A stretch of 64,000 nt of DNA from Nitrosopumilus sp. (GTDB taxonomy: Archaea > Thermoproteota > Nitrososphaeria > Nitrososphaerales > Nitrosopumilaceae). The stretch spans positions 2,039,849 to 2,103,848 of the forward strand of contig CBDBLX010000002.1 in assembly GCA_965207445.1 (NCBI GenBank). The letters are read 5' to 3'. A program made the translations under genes and the position numbers. Every line of letters starts with the position of its first letter. Within the stretch, counting starts at the first letter, position 1. Below the pieces are notes generated by a model. The model saw only the letters and a program-made list of their open reading frames with translations, made no database searches and was not told the origin of the DNA. Positions 10,917 through 21,662 of the stretch are shown here, one piece after another.

Positions 10917-11476
10917 GGTTCCCTTGCAAACGCGATTGTGACAATTAATACAGATTTGAACCGTTGCGGTCAATCCGGACACGTAACTAGTATTTTGTCG
11001 CCACGTATGATAAACTTCAAACCCTCCGGATTACCAAGTTTGGCAAGGACTGGTTTTGGAATGTACGAGTAACTGGTACCCCTTTTCACATTGTGGGTTA
11101 TGGATACTTGGAATTCAGTGGCATTGGCAGGCCATTTAGTCATGTTTGTTGTTGTCAATCCAACGTTATAACGTCACTGACACCAGATTGCACAGATTCG
11201 GCACATTACACATCACATATACAAACACGCTATACATTTGTTTGTGTTTTGATGTCAAATCAAACTATCATTTTTGGCATACAACTCAATTTCTTCAAGG
11301 TGAACCACCACACCCATGTTTGTCTTTTTGATACCAACTCTAACTATATCCCTATTCCAAACTATCGTCACAGTCACGCAATAAAGTACTAAAAATTTAC
11401 ACTTTTTCAGCATCAAATACCAAATTCAGATAAAAAGTTCATATAAAAACCGATCAACCGCGTTTGCAAGAGAACC
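10917..11476. mobile_element. Non-autonomous IS6-like element D, copy 1
   Basis: TIR ggttcccttgcaaacgcg / cgcgtttgcaagagaacc, resembling IS6-family GGTTCTGTTGCAAA; duplicated at 25641-26192. Confidence 0.8.
10970..11158 (-). CDS. AbrB/MazE-like small DNA-binding protein carried by element D
   Basis: SYIPKPVLAKLG...LKFII swapped-hairpin-like pattern; identical protein at 25696-25884. Confidence 0.65.
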   Translation of the reverse strand: MTTTNMTKWPANATEFQVSITHNVKRGTSYSYIPKPVLAKLGNPEGLKFIIRGDKILVTCPD

Positions 11477-11519
11477 CATTTCTATATAATCCATGAAATT
11501 ATATATTAAAAACCAGATA

Positions 11520-12935
11520 TTAAAAACCAGATGCAATAGGGTCAGGTGACTTGATTATCTCTCGAAGTAGCATAGTAGCAAATGATCCTCTAGCAAGAGA
11601 AAACACAACAGTTTTGCTATTGTGCCGCCACTCATATTGTGAGCATTGCATAATAGAATCTCTAAACCCACCCTCGCCACTGACTTCTTGCATCTCTTTT
11701 ACAAAAAAATCCTTTGGGGATACACACTCATCTGCAAGTACAGATGACACAAAAGGAGCAAATCTAGTCTTCGCATAGTAAGAGTACCCTACAATTGGAA
11801 TCGTGACACTGTATGGACTAATTCGTATTAAATTATGTTCATTATTGGTGTTATGGTTTGAATCGTTGATACTACTATTATTAGTAGTAGTAGTAGTCAA
11901 ACCCTTTTGATTTTTATCATATTTGCCAAGTTGCCCAGCACGATCAAAACAAACATCACCACGAATTGGTACTAATACATCTTCATTCTTGGAAATAGCA
12001 ATACTCAAGACACGATTGAATATATACGACTGGTATGCACTAATGTATAATCTACGCAGTTGTAAAGGAATTGCCCTAAATGCCTTGAACGAATCACCAT
12101 GTGCATCAAGCTCACCTAGTATTAATCGTTCAGTATCCATGCCAGCGGGCAGCCGTCTCATGGACTGTCCATATTTAGCAGGATCTGCGAGGTTTTCGCG
12201 CATATTACGGCGATCATCAGTATCATACTTTGAGTCAAACTCTAGTATCAATCGCACAGCCTCATCAAAATCGCATTTTATAACAGCACGCCCCACAAGA
12301 TGCGTCACAGGGCGCCTAGATCCAAATCTCTGATAACCATAAAAGTTTGGGATGCGCGTATATTCTGTGAATCTGGCCGGATCACATATTGAACTATCAT
12401 CTATCTTGCTCCAGTCACCGGTTATTCGTATATGAAACCTATTTCCTAGCATCTGTTTTTTAGTAAGAGGTTTTTTGAGATAACCTACAAACGTTATGCT
12501 AAACTTTGGAGTGGCAATATCCTGAAGACGTTTATTCATACCAGTTGAACAAACATATTGACTAGTACTAGCAGATGCGTCTTTGAGTCCCAATGATTTT
12601 AGACGTGCACCAGTCATTTTGTATATTGTAGATAATACATGTGCAGTATCGATTCCACGTTTTTTGAGCATGTATACTGCATAACCGCCTTTGCTACTAT
12701 AGGTATCAACAGATGCAACATCAGAAACACCTCTACGTGCTATATCATACTTGCCAGCATTATTAAAATAATCATTAGAATTGGCAAGTGAATCAAGTGT
12801 CTTTTGAGACAAAATCTCATGTACTGCAAAATCATCTACTGTTGCACGGATGCCGTATCCGCTACCAAGGCCTTGAAATGCAGTTGCATATAGGCCAATG
12901 CCAACATCAATATCAATATCAGGAACTGTACTCAC
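11520..12935 (-). CDS. truD: tRNA pseudouridine(13) synthase
   Basis: GLKDA, GNRF, PNFYGYQRFG, GSFATMLLRE. Confidence 0.93.
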   Translation of the reverse strand: MSTVPDIDIDVGIGLYATAFQGLGSGYGIRATVDDFAVHEILSQKTLDSLANSNDYFNNAGKYDIARRGVSDVASVDTYSSKGGYAVYMLKKRGIDTAHVLSTIYKMTGARLKSLGLKDASASTSQYVCSTGMNKRLQDIATPKFSITFVGYLKKPLTKKQMLGNRFHIRITGDWSKIDDSSICDPARFTEYTRIPNFYGYQRFGSRRPVTHLVGRAVIKCDFDEAVRLILEFDSKYDTDDRRNMRENLADPAKYGQSMRRLPAGMDTERLILGELDAHGDSFKAFRAIPLQLRRLYISAYQSYIFNRVLSIAISKNEDVLVPIRGDVCFDRAGQLGKYDKNQKGLTTTTTNNSSINDSNHNTNNEHNLIRISPYSVTIPIVGYSYYAKTRFAPFVSSVLADECVSPKDFFVKEMQEVSGEGGFRDSIMQCSQYEWRHNSKTVVFSLARGSFATMLLREIIKSPDPIASGF

Positions 12936-14602
12936 TGTACCGTCACGGTGAAAAATTTGCCTACTGCTACATCAGGTGCCTGAGCACCAAGTAAGATTTT
13001 GTAAAGTCCGTTAGGCGCATTAGCAGTCACTGATATTATAACATCATAACTTGTAACTCTATGGTCAAATACTTCTTGATTATTTAACATAATATCATTT
13101 GCCTCGGGAATCATTGTGACTGTAATGTGTTCGCTTGCAGATATCACATATGGCTCAAACTGTATATGAGGAGTGTTTGCATTTAATGTGTTGTTGCTCA
13201 TAATTACATTGAATGTGAGAGATTCAAGTGTAGATCTCTGTAACGACAAAAATTCAGAGGATAGTTCAATGTCAAATGGTAGAGGATGCGCAGTATCAAC
13301 TACACCAATCTTATTCTCGGCCCATTCTGTGAACCAGATCTGATCTTCGTATATGTCAAAGTCAAATATCTGTGCAACACCACACCGTTCAGCAGACAAT
13401 AGAGCAGCAGTATCATTAAGAGTAGGTGCATTGCAATCAGACCAATAAGGGTTTTTAGATGGTACATGATACTCTACTAATTTTTGAGATGCAGTATCAA
13501 GAACAGATATGTTGTTTGATGTCTGTGCATTAAATACAATGCGACCTGCATCATCTGTTGCCAACCAGTATGGTCTTGAGATTGGTTGTTTTATGACCCC
13601 CGTGTAATTCCCATATGTAGAGGGCATTGGGTCTGCTGTCGTATATTTTGTAAAGTATCCAAATGAAGGTATAAATTCAAAGAGTGACGAGGATGATGTA
13701 TCTGCAAGCCAGACATTACCATTTGGAGATATTGCAATACCATTTGGTGTCTGAAGTTCAGTAGGTAGATTGTAAATATCTACAAAGTCAATTGGAGGTA
13801 AAAATTGTTGACCAGATGCAGCTGCAATATCAACATATCTCTTATGCTCAAACTTTACAAGGTACCCATCACCATCAGGGTACTGCCAGCTTGTATACCA
13901 TATGTTCCCATTACCATCAGGTACAAAACTAGCCGTCACAGAACCATCAAATGGAGATGGTGCAACCAAATAAAAGTCAGGTTGACTAACATCCAAAAAT
14001 GTAATCATATTTCCATAAAAATCATTCACTATAATTTGTGAGCCATCAATTAACAGTCGTTGAGGAAGTGGATCATCTACTGCTCGTGGATATGGAATAT
14101 TCCCATACTGTCCGATTGTAGGATTAAATGCCCATATTGAATCAGACCAATCATCAGTATACCATATCAAGTCATCAGGAGCATAATCCATACCCCACAT
14201 CATCGAAGTAGCACCAGTAGGCCAATTAGGATTAGGAAATTCGGTAAATGTCTCAGTGTCAGGATCAAATGTTGCAACCATGCCAGTGTTTGATTCTGCA
14301 AACCATGGATGTCCATCATAATCTACTGTAATAGCAAGTGGATTTGTACATGCAGTAGGGATCTCAAACTCACGAATGTAATCAGTTGATGTAGGAGGTT
14401 GCCCAGTACCACAGAACATTATGCGGTCAGCTTCTGGGTGGTTTTGAGAGTAGTCATAATTTACATCATGTGTGTTAGACATCATTGAATCAGAGGACAT
14501 GTTATCTGGAACTATACCAGGTATTGCAATCACTATAGTAGATGTAAGCATTATTCCACCAAGAAACGCAAATGCAAGTAGTCCTTTAGTACGCTTCTTC
14601 AT
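12932..14602 (-). CDS. Membrane-anchored Vgb-like beta-propeller protein
   Basis: N-terminal TM; repeated P-x-G/A-I...W-F-A/T-E blades. Confidence 0.8.
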   Translation of the reverse strand: MKKRTKGLLAFAFLGGIMLTSTIVIAIPGIVPDNMSSDSMMSNTHDVNYDYSQNHPEADRIMFCGTGQPPTSTDYIREFEIPTACTNPLAITVDYDGHPWFAESNTGMVATFDPDTETFTEFPNPNWPTGATSMMWGMDYAPDDLIWYTDDWSDSIWAFNPTIGQYGNIPYPRAVDDPLPQRLLIDGSQIIVNDFYGNMITFLDVSQPDFYLVAPSPFDGSVTASFVPDGNGNIWYTSWQYPDGDGYLVKFEHKRYVDIAAASGQQFLPPIDFVDIYNLPTELQTPNGIAISPNGNVWLADTSSSSLFEFIPSFGYFTKYTTADPMPSTYGNYTGVIKQPISRPYWLATDDAGRIVFNAQTSNNISVLDTASQKLVEYHVPSKNPYWSDCNAPTLNDTAALLSAERCGVAQIFDFDIYEDQIWFTEWAENKIGVVDTAHPLPFDIELSSEFLSLQRSTLESLTFNVIMSNNTLNANTPHIQFEPYVISASEHITVTMIPEANDIMLNNQEVFDHRVTSYDVIISVTANAPNGLYKILLGAQAPDVAVGKFFTVTVQ

Positions 14603-14723
14603 AAATGAGATGTTTCATGCACCGTTAATATCTCTATAATGTCGACGATTATTCATCTTTTGTAAAACTACTCTTCTAGTAAGTCTGCATCACATGATGC
14701 ACATGAGCATGTTAATTCACAAG

Positions 14724-15080
14724 TCACAATAATTTGAGGTGTCCCGTTATACGATCTATTGCATTTTCAGGTGCAGGTCCTATTGACATACAAGTGACAG
14801 TTCCAGGCTCAAGCTGAGTATGTCCCGCATCAGATACAACTGCATAGGGTAAGTTATCATGGGCAGAGGCAATCTTTAGTTGGTTTAAATCAGCAATATT
14901 TGAAACCTTGAGTGCAATCTTCTTTTGGCCCTCATTCCACCATATGTCATACCATTCGGGATGAGTTTTTCTCACACGATCAACTCCCAGTACACAAGCG
15001 TGTCCAGCTTGGGCGGCCATCTTTCCACGACCCATACCAAGGTCAGTTCGCATTACAATCACCTGTTTTATTGAATCCAT
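14724..15080 (-). CDS. pth2: Peptidyl-tRNA hydrolase Pth2
   Basis: KQVIVMRTDLGMGRGKMAAQAGHA, DAGHTQ; start moved to ATG at 15080. Confidence 0.95.
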   Translation of the reverse strand: MDSIKQVIVMRTDLGMGRGKMAAQAGHACVLGVDRVRKTHPEWYDIWWNEGQKKIALKVSNIADLNQLKIASAHDNLPYAVVSDAGHTQLEPGTVTCMSIGPAPENAIDRITGHLKLL

Positions 15081-15161
15081 GATATAACATAACACAAGTG
15101 CATCAAAAACATTTGCAATAGTTAAAACAACAACAAAAATACAGAAATAATTATCAAATTC

Positions 15162-15228
15162 ATATACGTGGCACAATACGTGGCACAATACGTGGTACAA
15201 TACGTGGTACAATACATGGCACAATACA
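15162..15228. repeat. 12-bp tandem repeat (TACGTGG[C/T]ACAA)x~5
   Basis: Directly visible between divergent genes. Confidence 0.9.
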
Positions 15229-15287
15229 TACTAGAAAAACCAAACGATGATTTCATCAATTAAATAATTCAAATACAGAGTCAATTC

Positions 15288-16475
15288 ATGAGTACTTTGT
15301 ATGATGTGGTAATTGCAGGAGGTAGTATTGCAGGACTCTTGTGTGCAAGGGAAATAGCATCAGCAGGACATACAGTACTAGTAGTTGAGAAAGATTATGA
15401 GATTGGAACACCAGAGCACTGCGGAGGACTTGTTAGTAGTAAAGGGTTAAGTGAGCTTGGAATAGTACCATTTGGAAATACAATATTACATCATATAAAA
15501 AAAGCCCAAATAACGACGCCAGATGGCTCACACAGCATAACAATAGATGCAAAAAATCAAAACGTAATTGGAATTGACAGACGTGCACTTGACAAACAGA
15601 TTGCTCATCAAGCTCAAAAAAGCGGAGCCAAGATAATCACCAAAACCACCGTGCAGGAGATGACAGATGATGGCGTAAGAGTGACTACATATGGCAACAA
15701 TAGCACAATCATAAAATGTGATATTGTTGTAGATGCAAGAGGAGTATCATCTCTGATTCAAAAGGACAGAACAGGTGCAATACCATCAGCACAATATGAA
15801 GTATATGCAGATTGGATAAAAGATGGAACGGTAGAGATCGTACTAGATCAGCAAAAGTATCCAGGGTTCTTTGCATGGGTTATACCATCAGGTCGCGGCC
15901 GCGGTCGTGTCGGTGTGGCAGGTAGAAAGGTGAATGTGGGAGATGCATTAGAGTTGTTTCTTGCAAAAAGAGATCACAGCTCAAATACTTGTTCGATCAT
16001 CAGAAAGATATTTGCACCAATCTGGATTAATGGACATATAAAAAAGTTTCATGACGGAAAAATGATAATAGTTGGGGATGCAGCAGGACAGGCAAAACCC
16101 ACCACAGCAGGTGGAATATTTTCAAGTGGTATGGGGGGCATACTTGCAGGACGTGCAATATCACAATACCTCAAAGGAACAATAGAGAGCATAGATGAGA
16201 TGGGTAAGATGTATCAGAAAAGATGGCTTGATAAATTCGGACACGAATTTAATAAACAGATACTTGCAAGAAAGACATTGGAGAGAGTAGACAATATTGC
16301 AATAACAAAGATGATAAAATCAGTACCAAGTAATACACTGCAAGAGATATCCAAAAGTGATGACTTTGATTTTCATGTATCAGCAATTTTGAGATTGTTG
16401 GGAGTGACGGGAACAGCAAAGGTAGCACAAAGTATGGTTGCATCAGAGTTGAGAAGAATTATCAACAAAAAATAA
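15288..16475 (+). CDS. Geranylgeranyl-reductase-family FAD oxidoreductase
   Basis: YDVVIAGG, GDAAGQAKPTTAGGI. Confidence 0.85.
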   Translation: MSTLYDVVIAGGSIAGLLCAREIASAGHTVLVVEKDYEIGTPEHCGGLVSSKGLSELGIVPFGNTILHHIKKAQITTPDGSHSITIDAKNQNVIGIDRRALDKQIAHQAQKSGAKIITKTTVQEMTDDGVRVTTYGNNSTIIKCDIVVDARGVSSLIQKDRTGAIPSAQYEVYADWIKDGTVEIVLDQQKYPGFFAWVIPSGRGRGRVGVAGRKVNVGDALELFLAKRDHSSNTCSIIRKIFAPIWINGHIKKFHDGKMIIVGDAAGQAKPTTAGGIFSSGMGGILAGRAISQYLKGTIESIDEMGKMYQKRWLDKFGHEFNKQILARKTLERVDNIAITKMIKSVPSNTLQEISKSDDFDFHVSAILRLLGVTGTAKVAQSMVASELRRIINKK

Positions 16476-16986
16476 AACTTTAATCTGCAAAAAAAATAAA
16501 ATCACTCATTTGCTGCCTATGGAGCAAAAGTAAAATTCAAGTTTGTGTTTATACACATGGACAAAAAGTTGACAGCAAAACCTTAGATCAAATGATCCAC
16601 ATCTCAATGATAGTCATAAATCATATCTGATTATAATATTGTACGTGTGTGTAAAAAAAAAGTCAGTCATATGCATCTATAAACAGATGTTACATGTAAT
16701 GGTTCTAATTCTCCTGTCATTGTTGTAATCAGTTAGTTTTGGAGAACAAGCAGTGCATCTGTAACGTCGAGTATGTGTAGTATTTGTTTTAAGATGTAGA
16801 TGGTTTTGATTTGATGGTTTTGTGAAATGTGGTAATCTCTTGTATTTTTGTCACAACATTACTATTGTTTACAAATACAATGATAGACAAAGTAATAAGC
16901 AAAATACTATCCATCAATATACATCATATGATCAAACATAACAAAGTGAATAAAGGTATAAATGATGCCTGAAAAGAAAATGCGTC

Positions 16987-17169
16987 ATGTCATCATCGAC
17001 AATAGTATTGCCAAAATGTAGTTCTTGCTTTAGATATATAATGCCAAATGACAAGTGTGTAAAGTTTTACTGTCCGAGTTGTGGAACAGAGTTGATATGG
17101 AGATGTCAAAGTTGTCGAGAAGCGGCAATAGAATACAAATGTATAACATGTGGGTTTGAGGGTCCTTGA
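16987..17169 (+). CDS. DUF1610/HVO_2753-type zinc-finger protein
   Basis: Four CxxC pairs, CGFEGP end, upstream of EF-1beta. Confidence 0.9.
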   Translation: MSSSTIVLPKCSSCFRYIMPNDKCVKFYCPSCGTELIWRCQSCREAAIEYKCITCGFEGP

Positions 17170-17189
17170 TTAGTAGCGGTGATATGTAA

Positions 17190-17471
17190 ATGGCGCAACT
17201 TTTGTTAATTACAAAGATACTTCCAAGTGAGATAGAGGTAGACTTGGATGTCATGGCAGAGTCCATAAAATCAGCATTGACAGATGATATCACACTAAAA
17301 AGATACGAGAAAGAGCCACTGGCATTTGGTTTGCACTTTTTAAAAGCAGAGTTTGTCTTGGAGGACAAAGAAGGGCAGATGGACTCACTAGAAAAAGCCG
17401 TGCGTAGCACTAAAGGAGTAAGTGAGTTTGAAGTTCTCAACATGAGTAGAATGTCAGTAGATGTAAAATGA
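17190..17471 (+). CDS. ef1b: Elongation factor 1-beta
   Basis: EPLAFGL motif, size, synteny. Confidence 0.93.
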   Translation: MAQLLLITKILPSEIEVDLDVMAESIKSALTDDITLKRYEKEPLAFGLHFLKAEFVLEDKEGQMDSLEKAVRSTKGVSEFEVLNMSRMSVDVK

Positions 17472-17475
17472 TGAT

Positions 17476-19752
17476 GTGAGCTTCTTGGCACGCCAAGATA
17501 TAGACAACTCCCAGATGAGAGTAGGCGAAGCAATACAGCGAGATATCGGTAAAAAGAGAGCCCGTATAAGTCAAAGTGTATTAGATCATATAAGAATAAA
17601 GGCAGGTGACATAATCACAATATCAAACACAAAGAGCAATGGGAATAGTTGCGTGACGGTATGGCCCATGGATGAAAGTGATGACAAGTCACCAAACATC
17701 ATAAGAATAGATGGCCAAACAAGGAATAACATAGGCGTGTCAATCAATGAGACAGTTCAGATAAAAGAAGCAAATGTTCAACAAGCACAATCAATATCAT
17801 TAGCATCTATGGGTGAGCGAAACACCAAAGGAGTAAATGACGGAAATGATTCGACTCATAATAGTAAAATTGACAAGGACTTTGTCGAGTTTATCAAAAG
17901 TAAATTAATTGGAACGCCAATCATGAAAGATGAGGAGATATCAGTCATGATACTCGGTAGTCCCAAAGTCTTCAAAGTATCAATGACTCAACCAAGAAGT
18001 GGTGTGCTCAAAGTAAATTCAAATACACTAGTCACGATACAAGCAGCAGATCACACTGATAAAAATATAGAACTTGAAAAGAGGCGTATAACGTATGAGG
18101 AAGTCGGCGGTCTCTTAAAAGAAGTCAGAGCGATGAGGGAGATAGTAGAGCTCCCACTCAGGCATCCAGAGATGTTCTCAATGTTAGGTGTAGAGCCACA
18201 CAGTGGCATACTATTGTATGGCCCACCAGGATGTGGCAAGACACTACTTGCAAGAGTTCTTGCAAACGAGTCAGAGGCAAAGATGTTTTTGATAAACGGT
18301 CCCGAAATAGTGACCAAATATTATGGGGCAACGGAGGCAAATCTCAGAGACATATTCAAAGAAGCAAAAGATGCATCTCCGAGTATAATATTCATAGATG
18401 AGATAGATGCCATTGCTCCAAAAAGAGACAATGTACGTGGTGATGTAGAGAAACGTGTCGTGGCACAACTGCTTGCGCTAATGGATGGTCTCAATGATAG
18501 AGGAAATGTCATGGTGCTTGGTGCAACCAATATGCCAGACAGTGTAGATTCTGCATTACGACGGCCAGGTAGATTTGATAGAGAATTTGAGATATCTGTT
18601 CCAAATGAAGAAGGGCGACACGAAATATTGCTCATACATACACGAGGAATGCCAATGGCAGCAGATGTAAATACAAAAAATTTAGCATCAGAATTGTATG
18701 GATATACGGGGGCCGACATCAAATCACTGTGCAGAGAAGCTGCAATGAAATCCATTAGAAGATATGTACCAGAGATCGACTTGGCATCAGAGAGTATCCC
18801 CTCAGAGGTTTTACGTTCAATGCAAGTCACGCTTGCAGATTTTTATGATGCAATGCAAGAGATCGTACCCACTGCAATGAGGGAATTTTACGTAGAGAGT
18901 CCCACCATAAAGTGGCAAAATGTAGGAGGTTTGGATGATCTCAAAGAGGCATTGACAGACAATATAGTATCTGCCATAAAGGATCCGACAAAGTTCACAA
19001 AGATGGGAATAAAACCGCCAAGGGGTGCGCTAATATATGGACCGCCAGGATGTGGCAAGACAATACTAGGGAGGGCACTAGCAACTGAAACAGGTGCAAA
19101 TATGATACTTGTTAGAGGTCCAGAGATACTCTCAAAGTGGGTAGGAGAATCAGAAAAAGCTATTCGCGAGATATTTCGCAAGGCAAAGGCATCATCACCA
19201 TGTATTATAATATTCGATGAGATCGACTCACTTGCGCACCACAGACAATCATACGGGACAAGTGACACAAATAATGCATCAGTAAATGAGACTATACTGA
19301 GTCAGTTGTTAACAGAGATTGAGAGTGCATCATCTAGAGTGGCAATAATTGGCACTACGAGTAGGCCAGACGTTCTTGATAGATCACTTTTGAGGACAGG
19401 TCGACTTGACCTTGCATTATATGCATCAGCACCCAACAAACAAGATAGACTTGATATAATAAAGATACTCGTATCAAAGATGCCACTTGCAAATGACGTT
19501 GATCTAGACAAAATTGCATCAATGACACAAAACTATACAGGAGCAGATATTGCAGCAATTTGTAGAGAAGCAGCAGTTGCAGCAATAAAAGACAATTTAG
19601 ACACCATAAGTGACATACACTTTACACATGCACTAAAACAGGTCGGACCGTCCATCACAGATGAGATAAATCAGTGGTATGATACCATCAGGGAAGGTAT
19701 ATCTAATGTTGTTTTACCATCAAAAAATAGTAAAACTACATTTTATGGATAA
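17476..19752 (+). CDS. cdc48: CDC48/VCP-family AAA ATPase
   Basis: Two GPPGCGKT AAA modules, RRPGRFDRE. Confidence 0.95.
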   Translation: MSFLARQDIDNSQMRVGEAIQRDIGKKRARISQSVLDHIRIKAGDIITISNTKSNGNSCVTVWPMDESDDKSPNIIRIDGQTRNNIGVSINETVQIKEANVQQAQSISLASMGERNTKGVNDGNDSTHNSKIDKDFVEFIKSKLIGTPIMKDEEISVMILGSPKVFKVSMTQPRSGVLKVNSNTLVTIQAADHTDKNIELEKRRITYEEVGGLLKEVRAMREIVELPLRHPEMFSMLGVEPHSGILLYGPPGCGKTLLARVLANESEAKMFLINGPEIVTKYYGATEANLRDIFKEAKDASPSIIFIDEIDAIAPKRDNVRGDVEKRVVAQLLALMDGLNDRGNVMVLGATNMPDSVDSALRRPGRFDREFEISVPNEEGRHEILLIHTRGMPMAADVNTKNLASELYGYTGADIKSLCREAAMKSIRRYVPEIDLASESIPSEVLRSMQVTLADFYDAMQEIVPTAMREFYVESPTIKWQNVGGLDDLKEALTDNIVSAIKDPTKFTKMGIKPPRGALIYGPPGCGKTILGRALATETGANMILVRGPEILSKWVGESEKAIREIFRKAKASSPCIIIFDEIDSLAHHRQSYGTSDTNNASVNETILSQLLTEIESASSRVAIIGTTSRPDVLDRSLLRTGRLDLALYASAPNKQDRLDIIKILVSKMPLANDVDLDKIASMTQNYTGADIAAICREAAVAAIKDNLDTISDIHFTHALKQVGPSITDEINQWYDTIREGISNVVLPSKNSKTTFYG

Positions 19753-20150
19753 TGATTGAAATGGTATCTCTAATTAAAAATACATTATATGAAAAGGTAA
19801 AGAATGTAGGCGCACTGACAGATACAGAACTGTACAAGAATATGACAAAAGATGGAAATGTGATATCAGAAGACCAGTTCAACAAACTATTACTTGATTT
19901 GGAGATACAAGGCTTGATCAAAGTATCATGGTCTACAAAAGACAACCGCCGTATAGAAATATCAAATGAAGAACCCATACAAGATAACTATGCAAATAAT
20001 AATGACGGAAATGATAGTGATAATAATAGTAGTAGGGGTGGTAGTGGTGGTGGCAATGCCAATTCATACACATCGGGCAACAGCAATGCATCAAGATCAA
20101 ATGACGAAGATGTGTCATACGAGGCCAGTTTTCCTGGCTTTGAAAAATAG
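19752..20150 (+). CDS. Winged-helix-like hypothetical protein with N/G/S-rich insert
   Basis: LLLDLEIQGLIKVSW; YEASFPG end; overlaps the cdc48 stop. Confidence 0.75.
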   Translation: MIEMVSLIKNTLYEKVKNVGALTDTELYKNMTKDGNVISEDQFNKLLLDLEIQGLIKVSWSTKDNRRIEISNEEPIQDNYANNNDGNDSDNNSSRGGSGGGNANSYTSGNSNASRSNDEDVSYEASFPGFEK

Positions 20151-20372
20151 TATGAAAATATTAAATCATATATTATTTACAATTATAAACACAATTACAT
20201 ACCAACACACTCATACATACACAACAATCAGTTATCAAAACACTAAAGCACGCACTAAATATTAAAGTTCAATATGGCAATCGATATTTTGCACATCATA
20301 TGTACAATCAATGTGTGTGAAGATTGACGAATTCACAAAAATTATACATCACACAATAGTGATGGCATACGC

Positions 20373-21260
20373 TCAAAACAATGGCATGTGAAACGCAGCA
20401 TCCAACACTACTGCTGCAAATATTATAGTGAGATAAGGTGCAGTCACCTTGTATGCTTTCCATGCAAACTCAGATGTAGGAGTCTTTGTGAGTTTGTAGT
20501 GATAAATGAGCATTAGTCCACCAGATATAGCAGCAATTACAAAATATACCAATCCCATACCTGCGGGGATAAATGATAGTGTGAATGAAAACGGTACGAG
20601 TATGATGGTGTTTGCAAGTATGTAGCGAGATGTCTTTTGCATTCCTATTACAACAGGGAGCATTGGAACATTTGCTTGTGCATATTCGTCTTTTATCTTC
20701 ATTGCAAGACACCAAAAGTGAGAAGGCGTCCATACAAACACCAAAAATCCGACCAAAAATCCAAGTAAATCCATGCTACCAGTAGCCCCTGCCCATCCTG
20801 CCCATGCAGCAGCACTACCTGCAATTCCACCAATTACTATATTTGATGTGTTGAGTCTTTTTAGCCACACTGTGTATATTATTACATACGAAAAAATCCC
20901 AAGCGATATGAATGCAGCAGATACAGGATTTAATGCAAAATATCCATATATAACAGAAACACAACTGACTGCCATACCATATACCAGCACTGTAGACGGT
21001 GACATGCGTCCTGCTGGAATGGGTCGTTTACGCGTACGGTCCATCATAGAGTCAATGTCGCGATCATAATAGTGATTCAATGCACTAGAACCAGCAGAAG
21101 CAAGAGAGCCTGCAATAATAATATGAATATAGTGTATATAATCTAGATCTGGTGCGCCATCGACGAGTTTGCTAGCACCATACATGGATGCAACAGCAGT
21201 TATAACTAGTAAAATTACTATTCGAGGCTTTGAGACTTCTACTATATCACGTAATGTCAT
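20373..21260 (-). CDS. cyoE: Protoheme IX farnesyltransferase (heme o synthase)
   Basis: KPRI, DRDIDSMMDRTRKRPIPAG, WTPSHFW. Confidence 0.95.
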   Translation of the reverse strand: MTLRDIVEVSKPRIVILLVITAVASMYGASKLVDGAPDLDYIHYIHIIIAGSLASAGSSALNHYYDRDIDSMMDRTRKRPIPAGRMSPSTVLVYGMAVSCVSVIYGYFALNPVSAAFISLGIFSYVIIYTVWLKRLNTSNIVIGGIAGSAAAWAGWAGATGSMDLLGFLVGFLVFVWTPSHFWCLAMKIKDEYAQANVPMLPVVIGMQKTSRYILANTIILVPFSFTLSFIPAGMGLVYFVIAAISGGLMLIYHYKLTKTPTSEFAWKAYKVTAPYLTIIFAAVVLDAAFHMPLF

Positions 21261-21361
21261 TATGCATATCACAGTATAATACAATTTATTTTCTTGTAAA
21301 TTAGTCAATACAGTCAATGATGAGGACTTATCTAGAGTGAGACCGATCAAAACCGAATGCT

Positions 21362-21471
21362 TACTGATATGATTAAAGATCCGATATTTTGATTGATATT
21401 TATCTCGAAGTTGAGCACATATTATGAATACAAAATATTAGAAAACTATCGGATCTTTAATGAAACTATTA
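21362..21471. mobile_element. MITE family C, copy 2, flanked by TGCT
   Basis: Near-identical to 10632-10741; tgct at 21358-21361 and 21472-21475. Confidence 0.9.
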
Positions 21472-21662
21472 TGCTCAAGGACAAAGAAGGCATCAACATA
21501 CGCATGAGTAAGAGACGTAACCCACAGGACAAAGTCGATGTTGTTAAAGTGATGCAGAAAAATGAACTAAACATACGAACAATAAGAGACGTAATCCACA
21601 GGACAAAGTCGATGTTGTTGTAGTATTTTTTATCACCCACATATCTGCAGTTGAGATATGCT

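Noticed and set aside
15081..15224. HVLY/HVLC-repeat N-terminus on Pth2
   Set aside because: Translation of an intergenic 12-bp tandem repeat
21509..21619. 37-bp repeat / 37-bp spacer / 37-bp repeat resembling a mini-CRISPR
   Set aside because: The repeat encodes KRRNPQDKVDVV, the start of the IS3-type orfA remnant, so it is a local duplication; no cas genes are present
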